Assembly (NCBI GenBank): GCA_041489375.1
Contig: JBGPRA010000001.1
Coordinates: 1 to 43,347, forward strand
Direction: 5' to 3'
DNA: 43,347 nucleotides
From: Candidatus Bathyarchaeia archaeon
Lineage (GTDB): Archaea; Thermoproteota; Bathyarchaeia; TCS64
The notes under the pieces were generated by a model that made no database searches, was not told the DNA's origin, and saw nothing but the letters and a program-made list of their open reading frames with translations. The translations under genes were made by a program, and so were the position numbers. Shown piece by piece: positions 42,826 through 43,347 of this stretch (positions are counted from its first letter, which is position 1; each line of letters begins with the position of its first letter).

Positions 42826-43347
42826 CTAATTGATTGGAATGTATGACGCTGTGAAGGATGAGCCATCCTGTCCAATTGAGGAGAGGGATACAATTGCCAC
42901 GTTCTGTCGGTTGATCATTGTGAATTGACTCGATGGGAAATCGGTAATTTTACCAGTCTTTCCTCCCATAGTCGCGCTGCAGTCTGTAAACTTCACCGAG
43001 CCGAAGTTAGCTAGGGCTCCTACGCGATTGCCGATTGTTGGGCGTTCCACCACCCACTCCGCTGAGAGCATTTGAGATCCGTATACAACGCTTGTTCGAT
43101 AGGATTGCCCCGTGGTTTGATCGCTGATGTTTATTGACCAGGTGTTTGTTATGAAGTCTGTTTGGGTGATTGTTGCTTTGATGATGTCTCCTGGTTTTAT
43201 CGGTATGGTGATTGTTATGGGTAGATCTGGTAGAAGCTCGTACCATGCTGAGTATGATGTGGCCCCATTTAGTGAGTCGTGCTGTGTTCCTGTTTGGATC
43301 AAGGTTTGGTCAAATTGTCCTCCGATTCCGACCCATGTTGCGGAGTA
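42826..43347 (-). CDS. Peptidase G1 (eqolisin, glutamic peptidase), 5' end outside the window
   Basis: The minus-strand frame is open to the window edge: YSATWVGIGGQFDQTLIQTGTQHD...SYSAWYELLPD...LSAEWVVERP. These match the WVGIDG, catalytic-Gln (IQxG) and catalytic-Glu (SAEWIVE) blocks of scytalidoglutamic/aspergilloglutamic peptidases. Confidence 0.8.
   Translation of the reverse strand, partial: YSATWVGIGGQFDQTLIQTGTQHDSLNGATSYSAWYELLPDLPITITIPIKPGDIIKATITQTDFITNTWSINISDQTTGQSYRTSVVYGSQMLSAEWVVERPTIGNRVGALANFGSVKFTDCSATMGGKTGKITDFPSSQFTMINRQNVAIVSLSSIGQDGSSFTASYIPIN

Noticed and set aside
1-43347. tRNA or rRNA genes
   Set aside because: I scanned spacers and coding regions by eye for T-arm-like GGTTCGAATCC/GGTTCAAATCC motifs and for rRNA-like conserved blocks. 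I found only chance partial matches inside protein-coding genes. A tRNAscan/Infernal run would be needed for certainty.

Overview
This is an archaeal chromosomal segment. Supporting markers are ribosomal proteins L40e and L14e, the DUF106-cmk-rpl14e block, split glycine dehydrogenase gcvPA/gcvPB, bifunctional PGI/PMI, stand-alone AlaX, a Trm112-like protein and a COG2106 SPOUT methylase. GC is about 52 percent by hand counts of sample lines. Most of the window is densely packed core metabolism. The first 8 kb is rich in peptide and amino-acid catabolism: M19 dipeptidase, gamma-glutamyltranspeptidase, M42 aminopeptidase, creatininase-family and saccharopine-dehydrogenase-family genes. Two M20 peptidases and a glutamic (G1) peptidase lie further downstream. 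I found no rRNA, tRNA or CRISPR array, and no recognisable defence system. The accessory or decaying parts are as follows. (1) A GC-rich IS110-family transposase fragment sits at the left edge. (2) A family-2 glycosyltransferase has been inactivated by three in-frame stops plus a frameshift. (3) A low-GC island at 8.1-10.5 kb carries an intact double-GNAT gene and a decayed NTF2-like gene, interleaved with four degenerate direct copies of a 24-nt motif. (4) An AT-rich islet at 40.5-41.2 kb encodes a small Lys/Arg-rich protein. The observations I rate highest are the repeat-punctuated island, an uncharacterised ~170-aa protein family, and two membrane-anchored winged-helix regulators. The ~170-aa family occurs twice, has an RNase H/RuvC-like N-terminal DDxGxGD strand, and sits beside an RNA-methylation component both times. 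A ribosomal protein L40e gene at 13721..13885 (-) is missing from the ORF track. No claim here has been checked against a database, and all functional calls rest on motifs read from the translations.
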